Source: Carcharhinus amblyrhynchos (Eukaryota). Taken from it: a stretch of DNA of 64,000 nucleotides. The position numbers and the translations under genes are program-made. A model generated the notes under the pieces. The model searched no databases. It had not been told where the DNA came from and saw nothing but the letters and a program-made list of their open reading frames with translations. Positions 1 to 13,177 of this stretch are shown here, piece by piece (the stretch's first letter is position 1; every line of letters begins with the position of its first letter). The stretch is from contig OZ336878.1 in NCBI GenBank assembly GCA_965287045.1, positions 105,834,001-105,898,000 of the forward strand, written 5' to 3'.

Positions 1-184
1 GAACCTTTCACATATGTGTCTTTGACCATGTATTTCTATTGCCCATTGTGAAGTATTTTAGCAACTAAGTCCCTGTGCAACTTAGTAGTAGCATCATCAG
101 CATCTTGAATCAGTGGGTGTAATGGACAACTCGAGACAAAGATTCCAACAGTCAGATAAACAGAAGAATATAATATGCACAGAC

Positions 185-211
185 CTGACACCTTCCCAGC
201 AACAACAATTT
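185..211 (-). CDS. Micro-exon, 27 nt, (E)IVVAGKVS
   Basis: Acceptor is a T-run followed by aatcag|AAATTGTTGTTGCTGGGAAGGTGTCAG|gtctgt. Size and K at position 7 match the 27-nt class, but the donor is weak. Confidence 0.55.
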
Positions 212-559
212 CTGATTAAAAAAAAGGAAACAAGTAAAGTTTTACGATTCTGTAAAGAAGTGTAATTCTCTCAACTTTAACTGGAAAAAAAAGATGATCT
301 TACTCTATAGTTCCGATTTTGTTATTGCCCCGCCCACTGTTTATAATTTGAGAATGCACGTGGGTTCGGTGGTGAGAAGATGTTACATGCCTGGCTTCTC
401 TATCTCCAAATCGCACGGCAAGGCATCAGGCGTTGCAGACTCGGGGAAACGCGTATCCGCATTTTTTTTGTAATTGCGGAGGCCATCAAACTTCTAATTT
501 CGCGCAAAATGTCGTGGGTACATACAACTTGATAGCAAGAAGCTGCCGCTGCGCTTGCA

Positions 560-960
560 CATTTTCCGTATTCATTCTGGACCTCAGCATCGCTGGCTGG
601 ACAGAATTTATTGTCCATCCCTAGTTGCGTTTAGAGGGCAGTTGAGAGTCAACCATATACTATGGCTCTAGATTCACGTATAGACCAAATTAGAAAAGGA
701 CTTCTGATTTGTTTCCGTTACGTGCATTAGGGAAGCAGGTCCGTACAACATCAATGATATCATGGTCATCAGTAAAAATTAACTTCAGTTATATTTCATT
801 GAATTCAAAAACCACCAGCTGCTTCGGGACAACAGATCATTTTCTGTGTTTCTGGACAAATAGCCCAGCGATAATGCCACAAGGGTTTCGTCTTCCCTTT
901 AATCTGGAAAGGTTCGTGTAATGTTGTCCTGAGAGGGACCATGTTAACCACGGCTTCACA
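560..960 (-). mobile_element. tRNA-derived SINE, SacSINE1/DeuSINE-like (approximate ends)
   Basis: Shares the core gagggcagttgagagtcaacc with the copies at 1340 and 19975. Family name is from recall. Confidence 0.6.
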
Positions 961-1339
961 GTGCACCGTGACCATCACAGAATCTCCGAAACATGAGACA
1001 CACATTCAACTTCGCTGTAGGTTCTCAAATATGCCATGTCTCCCAGCCGTCTTCAACTACAACCTCCTGCCACACGTCTCAATTAATTGGCTAGGGCTTG
1101 GAAAGTTGGCTCCAATGCAGCATACTTGTTTCATGAGCTGCCTCACTGGGCTTGCGATAATCAACATAATTCAATTTGATGCCTAATCATTTGCACGAAC
1201 AGCAGAGTAATTTAACGTGATTTATGATTCGGATCATCTGTACATCTGCACAGAACGCTGTAAAGTCTTTTCTCTTTAAACAATACATTGGAGAACTATG
1301 TTTCCTATGAAAGTGCGGAGATTCCTATGTTCTTACATT

Positions 1340-1650
1340 ATGCTCATCCCTAGCTGAGCTTCGAGGTCAGTTGAGAGTCAACCAAATTGATATGATTATG
1401 GGGTCACATGTAGACTTGACCAAGTTCGGATAGCTGATTTTGTTCGCTAAGGGAAACGAGTGAACCAGACGGTTTTTTTCCGATGATCAATAATGGATTC
1501 CCGGTCATGGAAAGATGAGTTATTACTTTTTTTTTGTATTAAATTTAAATTCCACTACCTGCTGAGGCTGAATTTGAACTCGAATCGCCAGAACATTAAT
1601 TCAGTTTATCAAATAACAGTCCAGTGATTATATTAATAGGACATCACGTT
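1340..1650 (-). mobile_element. tRNA-derived SINE, same family as 560-960
   Basis: Core cagttgagagtcaacc...cacatgtagac. A B-box-like gagttcaaattc lies on the minus strand near 1570-1581. Confidence 0.6.
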
Positions 1651-2658
1651 TCCTATGTCATGCTGGGCTGTTGTCCCCACATAAATTATCATATTATTAT
1701 TTAGACTTTGCCCCAGAACACTTGCTTTACGGCTCTTATTGCTGTCTTCGGGGAAACTAAGCCACCATACATTAAAATCATTCATCCAAATAATTTATAT
1801 CAGTTGTCAATATTTGAGAATTCGGCACTGATCTTTCAACCACGGCATTATCAGTTTGTCAGCACAAAAAAAACATTTGTTGCTACTGTCTCTTTCTCTG
1901 TTAGCCAACCAATCAATTGCCCAACCAATATACTATCACCACATTGTGGGTTCATAACATTCTTAGATGCCTTTGCACATTTTCCCATACCATGGAAATG
2001 GAAGCACTACATTTTTGCAAATATCACTTTGCTGGCGATTTTTCTCCAGAGAATATTGCATTAGGTAAACGCGGTTTGCATTTTCCAATGTGATATTCAC
2101 TCTGGCTGTACTGTTTATGATCGTATAAGCATTTTGCTGTAACCGCATTGTAAATTGAATCCGTCAATTGCCTGTAACACGATACTATTCCATCTAGTTT
2201 AATGAATGAGGGATGTCATTCCATTTATTTCTGAATACAAATGGCATGCATAAAACAACAGCAGTGTACCGGATAAAGCATAGTTTGATGAAAACAGAAT
2301 ATGATGCAGGCTGAAGAACCTATTCGCTAACTCAAAGGGGCCTTTGTTTTTATGTTATTTGAATTTCTGTGTTCGCAATATCTGTTATGAAGATAATGAC
2401 ACATTTGCTTGATTTTTCCGTCCATTCTTCCACAGGAACCAGACTAGGCGAGGGGAGGGCAATGGGGTGGTCGACTGAAAGCCGACGGAATTTTACATGC
2501 TCTGGACGAGTGAACCGTATAATCGCGCCCCTTTTATATGTGCGTGCAATTAACTTAATGCCAAGCATTGCCGCGCTTTTTTTTTATAAACCCAATCCAT
2601 GAACAATGAAGTGGTAACAGAAAGCAAGAATCACAGAAACGTGCTAATAAGTGCTCAC

Positions 2659-2685
2659 CATTCTCGGAATGAAGTTCTTCAATTT
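2659..2685 (-). CDS. Micro-exon, 27 nt, (E)IEELHSEN
   Basis: tttaatttgtaatatag|AAATTGAAGAACTTCATTCCGAGAATG|gtgagc. Confidence 0.82.
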
Positions 2686-3639
2686 CTATATTACAAATTA
2701 AACGTAAAGTTTCAAGTAGATTTGACCAAAATTTACATTAGCAATGTGATATAATCCGATGCATCTTCGCAATAATATGCTGCAATGCCACTCTGTGTGT
2801 TCACTCACTTATATTGGTCTTGGCATATAACATGTATTTGTATGCGCTTTTGGAAATTAAAAAAAAAGTTTCGTAGGGTTCCGATTGTTCTTCGTAATAT
2901 CCGGCATCACAATACTTACTGAGGGATGATCATCCGCAAGAAGCCTAACGCTGCAGCAGCACTGCTGATATGATTTACTTCAACCGTTTCAAATAATAAT
3001 CAGCGGTGGACTTGCTAATGAACAACATTATGATGCTGTGCATTTGTTCATCAGATTTACTTCGCCCCCATATTTATTCCAAACATCAAACAATACTGTT
3101 GTCATTTGAAGAACAGAGCACATTTTGAGAAAACGAATTTTAAGCGATCGCCATTACATTCATTTTGCCGTTGGTTTCTATATTTCTCCTTTGCCGCATA
3201 TAATTTTCCTACTGTCACATAACTGAAACATTTTGAGCTTGTTTCGTAAAAGAAGGTCTGGCCCGATTAATTGTCTGAAATTGAACTTATAAAAGCATGG
3301 TAATGTTTTTCAGTGAGCTCCGAAAAAAAGGTGTGTTCACTACTGTTACACAGTTCACAAATTGGAATTTACGTGCCAAGTTTACCATACATTTATGATA
3401 GTGATTTTTCTGCTTTGATAAAATGCAACAATTTGATTTTCAACTTTGAAGTATTTTTTTTCACGGAAATGGGAAGAACTGTTACGTGGATGTAATAATT
3501 GTTTTTTTTTGCCCCCAAACAGTGGAATCTTCCAAGAGCAAATTGGCCAAGTGAACTTTTTCAAGCCTGGGTAGCAATTTATCTGACACAAGGCTTCTGA
3601 TGGCAGGAGTGGCGATTGAGTGGAGGTTTGCTGATCAGT

Positions 3640-4110
3640 CCTTTAGATGTTCTTACTTCCCCACATTCCAAACTACAGAGCATGAAAAAAACATTGATAC
3701 TTTTTTTATAATTAGACAATTTCCATCCTCCTGTCTCCCCAACAGTCATTTGTTTCGTTTTATTCTGCCCGTTTTCCATGTCTTGGAGCATGTTGCCTTT
3801 GAAAGTCACAATCCTTGTCCCTCTCGAGTACCGGCTTGAACCTAGCACCAACAACATTTTAGGTAAAGCTTTTGCATTCAAACGGATCCCAGCATACAAA
3901 AGAAAAGAGCTCATGTCGAATTACCTCCTTATCAGTCCCCTAAATCTGTACACTCATATTTCGGATCCCTCCAATAAGTAGCATCACTTCCCTCCTCTAT
4001 TCGGTCCAGGCGGCTTGTACAGCAGTATCGAGCCTACGCTCAACATTCTCTTCGGCAAGGAAGATTGTTCAAACTTCTCCATGCTTGACAGGTAAGAAAC
4101 GTTTTTCACG
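3640..4110 (-). mobile_element. Old degenerate CR1 LINE 3' fragment
   Basis: Resembles the CR1 ORF2 C-terminal and 3'UTR sequence seen in the younger copies; heavily decayed. Confidence 0.4.
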
Positions 4111-5951
4111 CCTGGAAAAATCGCTTGAACAATCGACAACTTTTTTCCTTTTGAAAGATATGCCAGATGGTATGATATTATCTTCGTCTTTGTTGTCGCG
4201 TTTGTTGCCTTATAACGCTTAGAGAAAACATATTATAGAAAAATTGCTACACGTCGCCGTAATGACATCATGAATCAATGTTTATGGTACAGAATATCCC
4301 TTTTCATCATTGTTTCTAGGAGGATGAATTCTTCGGCTATTTTGAAATGCAACAACAAGCAAATGGTGCACATGTTGTTTTTTTCTCCAACTGGTCAAGT
4401 TGGTAATTCACAGGCTTTTCCCAGAACATTAAAGGCCTTTTGTAATTCCTTCACCAATATGCCCTGCAGAATAAAAACTGTCTTGGTGTCAACTTTCGAC
4501 ATAATATTGTGCACGTGTTGCCCCAAAAATCCTATGCCATCACATTAGCCGACCAAGACGGTGTGTTACAGTGTATATCAGAATTACATCTAGGAGCTGA
4601 AGAACAATATTTAAAGTAGGCTAATTGTCAAATAAGGCAAGGATACTTTGTTGCATAAAACGCCAATAAAACTATGGAATTAATAGGAAATCAATAATTG
4701 ATAATCAATAACTGATATCTGCAGTGTTGCATTTGCTTAGGAGAAAATATGGACAGATGACACTTTGGACGGTTCAAAATAAAAGTAAAGGTTGAAATGG
4801 CAAGGATAATGATGGTCAAGGATTCACCAACCATTAGAAGTTACAAATAATATCAAGATGAATGCACCATTTGGAATAACTCACATGAGATTATGTTTTC
4901 ACCTTAATGCATCACAGAAATCGGTGCAAATAGAAGCCCAATAAGATACGTGCTGCATGAACTTTAAATAGACTAAGAATACTGTAACAGAAGTTATCTC
5001 CATATATTAAAAATAATGCTCCCGTAGCCATCCTTTCCTGGTATAATGTTATCTACGCTAATGTGAAGGGAATTGGTCGCTATGTTCAGGGGAGAGTATA
5101 ACATTCACGACACATTAAATGCATTGACGTAATCTTGGGTAGAAGTAATGTTATGTTATTCAAAATCGATTTAATGCGCATTCTGTTTTTTCACTGACTT
5201 GTATAATGTGATTTGCAATTATTACAGTTTGCCAATGAATGCATCTGTATTTTCACGGTTGCGAACGATGCATACTGCGGGAATAGAACGTTCGCCGCTG
5301 TTCAATGCAGATCACATGGAAAATTAAGCATTCATAAAGAGTATTCAGGCAACAGGGGGGGTGTCTTGAACTTTGCTGCTGTTCGTCAGCTCAGTTATTT
5401 TCTCTGAAAATATGAAGTATAATGACTTCGGTCTTCCTTTTGATGTTCTGATATGCTGCAGAGTGTAGTCCTGGACGCATTGCAGGTTGGCACGAATATC
5501 AATTGTTATGCCAAAGGATCCCATAAATTAATCGTCTTTGCTAAGCCTCACATAACTCAGTCACCTTTTGACAGTTCTGGTGTTTCTTTTCCTAAAATGC
5601 AATTTTCATTGGTGGTTGATTTATTATCGTTTCTAACGATTAAAAAAAAACTACATATGTTGTCATTATTTTAAAGAAGACTTGAAATTCGACAACCTTA
5701 CATTATCTGGCTCACATTTGCCGTCAGAATTATACGAAATAAACTCGCCCCAAAGGCGTTGATTGTTCAATTTAATTTCGATCGAAGGAGCTGCGTGCCG
5801 ATCAGGGCAGCAACAGCTATTTCTCCTGTTTCTAAATTGCAAGGAGTTCAATATAATATTCCCTTGGTGAATGATTATGTAAATTGCTTTCATCTGCTTA
5901 ATCACTTTTAGCAAAGATGTGCAGTCAACACACACAATCTCGAAATGTTAC

Positions 5952-5978
5952 CTTTATCCTTTCTTCGTAACCGTTCCT
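5952..5978 (-). CDS. Micro-exon, 27 nt, (E)ERLRRKDK
   Basis: cttttatcttgttttcgcag|AGGAACGGTTACGAAGAAAGGATAAAG|gtaaca. 20/27 nt identical to exon 42610-42636. Confidence 0.9.
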
Positions 5979-6764
5979 CTGCGAAAACAAGATAAAAGTC
6001 ACAAGAACAGAACACTTGTTCCTCCTCATCGTAAAATCTAAGTACTCAAATTAATCTATTTCCAATATCACCATACTTGCGCAACAATAAACAAAGAGAA
6101 TATCTTTGTATGTTCTGGACACAGGCGTGGCAATTCCTGCAATTTTTATGCACACTGAAGTATGTAGGCTGGATAAATAGCAGTAAGCAATACCATTTCA
6201 TTAAACAAGCCAACTTAGCAGCATTGGCATAAGCTGGGTAATAAAAAAATGCCATGCATGATTAATCGTCTGCCCTAAGCCATTCAAAAGTGATTCATTT
6301 TGGATAGTTTAGGCGATTAGTTTCGTGAATATATCATTTCCATTTAATGTTGGTTTCAATTCATTTGTTAAGACTTTAAAAATATCACCTATATGTCGGA
6401 GTTCCTGTGAATCGATCACTTGAAATTCGTCATTTTTAAGTTAATTTAACTGTCTCATATTCAGTACGATGCATACATTTCAAACAAGAGTGCGGTACAA
6501 TTTTGATCTGGTCGTACAGGGTGGAGACCGAATTTGAACAGTTACTAGTTCAATACCACGAACTGATTACTCGTGACTATTATATTTTAAAATAAGTATC
6601 CAATTGATTGGCCTAGGTAGAATGTTATTCCACATTTTAACCAAATTTAATGGAACGTTTTCATAGTGTTATCCTGTCGTTACAGACCGTAACTTTTAGT
6701 TGGTTGCGGATTTGCATAACGAAAATACAACGAGAATGTTCTGAAAACTGCGTGGGATGCGTGG

Positions 6765-6823
6765 GGTAATTTCACAATCATTGCACGCATCTGAGGGATG
6801 CGTGCAATAATTGTGAAATTATC
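6765..6823. repeat. Near-perfect inverted repeat: 25-bp arms, 5-nt loop
   Basis: taatttcacaatcattgcacgcatc-tgagg-gatgcgtgcaataattgtgaaatta. One mismatch, which is a U.G wobble in minus-strand RNA. Confidence 0.9.
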
Positions 6824-6929
6824 TATTGTGACATACATCCGTTTTGGACGCAAACTCAGGTCAACCTTCTGTGTTTAATAACCCCACAAATACAATATAA
6901 CCGCTTCTCGCTCTCTCAAAGTAAAACAT

Positions 6930-8460
6930 TAGGAATTGCAACGAAATAATTAAAGCAGCGATGTGGGGCTAGGTGATGTGTTGTAGGTGCTTGTTCTGGG
7001 AGGTCGGGGACCCGATTATTGTTCCTAAAGTCTCATCGGTAGCTGGTTGTCTGAGGATTATGGCTTAGTTTTGGTGAGCTGGCGTCTGAGCTTTAAAGAA
7101 TGCAACACATCCCGAGATTCATCTGGATGCGTTGATTCCAGAGGCAATCAAAAACCCAAAGGTCAATTACATCAAGTCCAGTCACTGGTCAGGGACAGAA
7201 TGATGTTGCTGAAAGCAAAGAAGCTTGCGGATTCCAGGAAATATTGCTGAAAGAGCCTTGAGCTGTTCAAACAGTTTTTAGATCATTGTTATTTATGTGG
7301 TTGAGAGAGGGGTCTGTATGGAGAACGAACAATCTAACCAACGTACGGTTGTTTGGGGAGCCATTCAACGGATGGGGTGAGGGTATGGCGTCGGGAGCGT
7401 AATGTGGATGCAATTGGAGACAGTGTAGTCAGGAGAATACACACTGTTCTTTGTAGAGATGATCGTGGAGTCCCGAAACTTCAATTGAAAAACTTGTGCT
7501 GTGGTTCAAAACATCTCATCGGCACTGCAAAGGAAGTTGCAGCGGGAAAGGAAAGATTCAGTCGTCATGAGCCAGATGCGTATGAACAATATAGGTAGAA
7601 AAAAGTAGTAGTTTTTGCTGAGGGTATATGAGCAACTAACAAAAAAAAAAGGAAAAAAGAGGTCCTTATCTCTGGATTACTATTTCAACCAAGAACTAAT
7701 TGACACATGATCAAGAAGATCAAAGACGTAAATGCATGGCTCAAGTATCGGTGCAAGAGAAGTGGGTTCAAATTCATGGGGCATTGGCACCAGTACTGGG
7801 GAACAAGTGAGATGCTCTGATGGGATGTGTTCCACTTGAGTCATGCTGGATCTGAGCTCTGGTGAAATTCATAACAACAGTTGTAGATGGGGCTTGAAAC
7901 TAAATAGTGGGTGGGAAGGGGGCTGCAACTGCTTTCGAATTTTTGAAGAAAAATATATTAAAGGGGTAACATCCCAGCGAAGACTATTAAAGTCTGCATC
8001 AGGCATAATAGTTCAGCGTGTTTGGATTGAGTTACGAATCTAACTCCAGGCAAAGCAGACACGAGGGCGACTTAGAAAAGAGGGATTTTCAGTGCAGCAC
8101 TGAGGGTGTTGTATTTGAATCCACAGAGTATACAAAATAAGATATATGTACTTGTAGCATAGATTCAAATTGGCGGTAATGTCGTTGTGGGCATCACAGT
8201 GAGGTACTGACAAGTAGTCAGCGCTGGGAGTTAAATATCCTAGTTTACACGTACTATCAAAATGATACGGAGGTGCGCATGGGAGCGGGGTTGCCCTGTT
8301 TATAAAAGGAGAGACGAGAACCTGAGAACACAGCCTCACAATGGAAGGAAAACCATGTTTGAAGGGTGATGGGAAAGATTCTCTTCAGCCTTTAATCTAT
8401 GGAATTATTGCCACAGAAAAAAAATGTAGAAGCCAAGACCGTGAGTGAGTTTATGTCGAG
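6930..8460 (+). mobile_element. Degenerate CR1 LINE: ORF1 (SGNH-esterase-like), start of ORF2 endonuclease and a 3' scrap
   Basis: Peptide IGDSVVRRIHTVLCRDDR (GDS motif). A downstream FMGHWHQYW-like segment and an ITVRY...GSGVALFI endonuclease-like segment; many stops. Confidence 0.7.
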
Positions 8461-8653
8461 AAGACTTGTCTCTCTCCCTTTCTCTCCCTCCCTACATATA
8501 TACCATCAACTGCAGACATTTTTTCAGCTTTTCTCTCCTATATAGCTGTTGTACAGATTATTAACTAATATTAGGCCCTCTGTTTCAAGACATCCATTGT
8601 ATGCAAATATCAGCATTTATTTTCGGTGAAGTTAGGAGCGTCAGGGCGTCTGA

Positions 8654-11600
8654 TAGAACATAGAACACAACAGCACAAACAGGCCCTTCAGCCCACAAGT
8701 TGTGCTGATCACATCGATACCTACCAAGCCATAGAACTATCTGTAACTCCCAATCCCATTAAATCTCATATACTCATCCAGAAGTTTTTTTTAAAGACCC
8801 CAGCGACATCGCCTCTACCACCACCGATGGCAGCCGAGTCCACTCACTCACCACCCTCTGAGTGAAAAACTTTCCCCTAACATCTCCTCTGTATTTGCTT
8901 CCCAGCACCTTAAACCTGAGTCTTCTCGTAGCGACCATTTCAGCGCTGGGAAATAGCCTTCGAGAATCCACCCTATCTATTCTTCTCAACATTTTATCAA
9001 CCTTGCCTCTCAACCTTCATCTCTCCAGGGAGAAGAGACCTAGCTCCCTCACCCTGCCTTCATAAGACATGCCTCCCAATCCAGGCAACATCCTTGTAAA
9101 TCTCCTCTGCACCCTCTCAGTAGTTTCCACATTCTTCGTGCAGTGAGGCGACCTGAACTGAGAACAGTACTCCAAGTGGGGTCTGACAGGGGTCTTATAA
9201 AGTTGCAGCATTACCTCCCGCCTCCTAAACTCAATCCCTCGATTAATGAAGGCCAGTACACCATACACCTTCTTGACCACATCCTCCACCTGCGAGGCCG
9301 ATTTAAGAGTCCTACGGACTGGGACCCCAAGACCTTTCTGCTCCTCAACACTGCTAAAACTCCTACCCTTGATATTGTACTCCTTCATCCCATTGGCCCT
9401 GCCAAAATGGACCACTACACATATATCCGCGTTGAAGTCCATCTGACACTTCTCCGCTCAGTCTTGCATCCTATCCATGTCACGCTGCAACTTCTGACAT
9501 CCCTCCAGGCTATCCACAACACCACCAACCTTCGTATCGTCGGCGAACTTACTAACCCATCCCTCCACTTCCTCATCCAGGTCATTTATGAAAATGACAA
9601 ACAGCAAGGGTCCTAGAACAGATCCCTAGGGCACTCCACTGGTGACCGACCTCCATGCAGAAAAAGACCCATCCACATCCGCTCTCTGCCTTCTGCAGGC
9701 AAGCCAGTTCTGGATCCACAATGCCAAAGACCCTTGGATACGATACCCACTCACCTTCTCAAGAAATCTTGCATGGGGGACCTTATCAAACGCCTTGCTG
9801 AAGTCCATGCAAACCACATCCACCACTCTTCCTTTGTCAATGTGTTCAGTCACATATTCAAAGAAGTCAGCTAGGCTCGTAAGGCACGACCTGCCCTTGA
9901 CAAAGCCGTCCTGACTATTTCTGATCATTCTAAACTTCTCTAAATGCTCATAAATCTCTTCCCTCAGAATCCTCTCCATCAACTTCCCAACAACTGAGGT
10001 CAGACTCACCAGTCTGTAATTTCCCAGGCTATCCCTGATCCCTTTCTTGAAAATAGGAACCACATCCGCAATCCTCCAATCCTCTGGAGCCTCTCCCGCC
10101 TCCATCGATGATGCAAAGATCATCACCAGGGGTTCTGCAATCACTTCCCTTACCTCCCACAGTAACCTGGGTTACAACCCATCCAGTCCCGGCAACTTAT
10201 CTATCTTGATAGAATTTAAAAGTTCCAACGCATCGTCTTTCTTAACGTCCACATACTCAATCTTTTCAGTCTGCCACAAACCTGTAGTACTACCTCCCAG
10301 ATCATTTTCCATCGTGAATACCGAGGCAAAGTACTCATGAAGCACCTCAGCCATTTCTTCCAGTTCCACACAGCCTTTTTCCCCTTCACCTTTTATAGGT
10401 CCTATCTCTTAATTCTCATCCTTTTACTCTTCACATATTTGTGGAAAGCCTTGGTATTCTCCTTAATCTTACCCAACAAGGCCTTCTCATGAGCCCTTCT
10501 GGCTCTCCTAATTTCCTTTTTAAGCTCCTTTCTACAAGCCTGACACTCTTCTAGATCCTTAACATCTGCTAGCTCTCTGAACCTTTTGTATGCCTTTCTT
10601 TCCTTTCTGACTAGGTTCATCACAACCTTCGTGCACCATGGTTCCTGCGATCTAGCAAAACCTCCTTGTCTCATTGGGACGTTGTCGTGCAGAGCTCCAG
10701 TCAAACATTCTTGAAAATCCGCCACCACCCTTCAGTACTTTTCCCCAAGAACACCTCCTTCCAGTTTAGTCGTCCAATTATCTGCCTCATGTCAGCATAT
10801 TTCCCCTTACTCTAGATAAACACCTTCTTAGCCTGCCTGATCCGATCTCGTTCCAATGCTATCGTAAAGGAGATAGAATTAAGATCTCCATCCCCAAGAT
10901 GCTCTCTCACCGAGGGATTCGACACCTGCCCTGGTTCATCAGCCAGCACCAGGTGAAGTAAAGCCTCTCCTCTCGTAGGATTATCCAAGTGCTGTGTCAG
11001 GAAACCCTCCTGAACACACCTAACAAGCTCTTCCCCATCCAAACGCCTTACCCTAGGGATATTCGAGTCGATGTCTGGGAAATTAAAGTCTCCCATCACG
11101 GCAACTCTGTTATGACTACATTTCTCTAGGATCTGTTTCCCTATCTGCACCTCAACTTCGCTGTCATTATTGGGCGGCCTATAGAAAACACCCAGCAAAG
11201 TTATCGACCCTTTGCTGTTCCTAACTTCCACCCACAGAGACTCTGTAGACAGTCCGCCCACGGCATCCACCTTCTCTACAGCCATGGCACTGTCCCTGAT
11301 CAACAGTGCCACTCCACCAACTCTTTTGCCTCCCTCCCTGTCCTTCCTGAAACATCTAAATCACGGCACTTGAAGTACCCAGTCCTGTCCCTGAGACATC
11401 CAAGTCTCTGTAATGGCCACCACATCACATTCCCAAGCAGCAATCCACGCCCCAAGCTCATCTATTCTATTCACTACACTCCTGGCGTTAAAATAGACAC
11501 ACCTCAGACCCTCGGTCTGGGCGCTTCCCTTCTCCATCATCCGTCTAACCTCCTTCTCATACTGTCTACAATCCGTCTCTACTTGGGAGCTACCCTCCTC

Positions 11601-12750
11601 GCTCTCAGTCACTTCATCTCTATTCCTTCCCCTCAACCTTTCTAGTTTAAAATCCCCCCAGTAGCCCTACCCAATCTTCCCGCCAAGATATTGGCCCTCC
11701 TTGGATCCAAGTGCCACCCGTTTTTACTGTACAGGTCACACCTGCCACTAAAGAGGACCCAATGATCCAGGAACCGGAATCCCTGCCCCCTGCTCCAGTC
11801 CCTCAGCGACGCATTCACCCTCCACATCATTCCGTTCCTGCTCTCACTCTCCCGCGGCGCAGGCAGCAATCATGAGATTACTAACTTCACGTTCCTCTTT
11901 CTCAGCTGTCTACCTAATTCTCTATAATCCCTTTTCATGACCCCCTCCTTCCTCCTGCCTATGACAGCGGTACCTATTTGTACCACAACCTCAGGCTCCT
12001 CACCCTCCACTTTCAGATGTCTGGGACGCATCCAGAGACATCCCGGATCCCAGCTCCAGGGAGGCAAACCACCATCTGCGACTCCCGTCTGCGTCCGCAA
12101 AAACACCTGTCTGACCCCCTCACTATGGAGTCCCCTATTAACACTGCCTTAATGCTTTTTTTTTCTTACTTTTTTGAAGTACTGGATTGGGCTTAGCTCC
12201 AGAGGCCTGGCCACCGCTGCCTCCCCCAGGTGAGCTGTTCCCCACCCCCCCCAGCAGTACTCAGACAGGAGTACTTATTTTGAAGGGGGGCATCCAACGG
12301 CGTGCTCTTCATCACATGAGCTTTCCCCTTCCTAACAGTTACCCACTTGCCTTCCTCCCGTTGCCGCACTGTGACCACTTGCAGGCAGCTCCTGTCAATT
12401 GTCTCCTCATTCTCTCTAATGAGACGAAGGTCCTTGAGCTGCAGTTCCAGTTCCTTAACCCGGTCCCTTAGGGACTGCAGCTCCACATACCGAGCACAGA
12501 TATGGACGTCTGGGAGACCAGGATCCTCCAGGACCTCCCACATACTGCATTGGCAATAACATACTGGCCTCGCACTCACCGTTCCAATTTATAGTAAGGG
12601 GAAATAAGAACTACCCAAGCCGCTTTGCAAACTCCTTCCAGTTTCCGGTATAAAATTTAAAAAAATAGAAAAGTTAGCTTTAAAAATCACTCTAGCATAC
12701 CCTCAAGCTCTCCTTTCACAAATCGCTGCCTCTCTTCTGTGCTCCCAAGG
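8654..12750 (-). mobile_element. Near full-length CR1 LINE with frameshifts and stops (ORF1 plus ORF2 APE-RT)
   Basis: ORF1: CCQCSMWE zinc finger, coiled coil, esterase segment (11642-12579). ORF2: YFNARSV..VAITETW and MGDFNFPDI endonuclease motifs; RT motifs GNYRLVSLTSVVGK, DFSKAFDKVPH, SVTSGVP and RPHLEYC. The 3' tail reads tagaacatagaaca on + at ~8654. Confidence 0.95.
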
Positions 12751-13141
12751 AACAACGATAATATAAAGTTGATACTCAGTTAATATTCTATACGCTAGTC
12801 AGGTAATTGGGATAGAGAATCTTTGCGACGGCATCACCGCTGCGACCAATTTGTGCATCGAAATAGCCTTATATTTTTCACAGTTCTCTAACAGAAATAA
12901 CAGTGGGCATGTATTAGTTAGCGATCGCTTTGTGAAAATTTCTGCAAAAGCCTGTCTTTACATAATCTATCACTCCTTAAAAATCGTTTTTTGTTTTTTT
13001 CCCAATATGTTGTCTACCTAATTCAAATATGGGTGCAATAAAAAGCTCTATCAAATTTATTTGGTGTAAATATGTCTTGATATGTTCACCAAGTAATTTA
13101 CGCACGAACAACTTGATTTTTCAAGATTATTTTCTTCTTAC

Positions 13142-13177
13142 CAACATCCAGTTTGAAAGCTTCTATTTTGGCTATTT
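13142..13177 (-). CDS. Micro-exon, 36 nt, (E)IAKIEAFKLDV
   Basis: cctttatgttgattcag|AAATAGCCAAAATAGAAGCTTTCAAACTGGATGTTG|gtaaga. 22/36 nt identical to exon 35986-36021. Confidence 0.9.

Noticed and set aside
247-281. Strong acceptor with a 35-nt exon VKVERITLLYRI
   Set aside because: Not a multiple of 3, weak donor, and it would leave only ~35 nt of intron before exon 185-211.
9143-12559. Plus-strand ORFs overlapping the CR1
   Set aside because: Antisense shadow frames of the minus-strand LINE.
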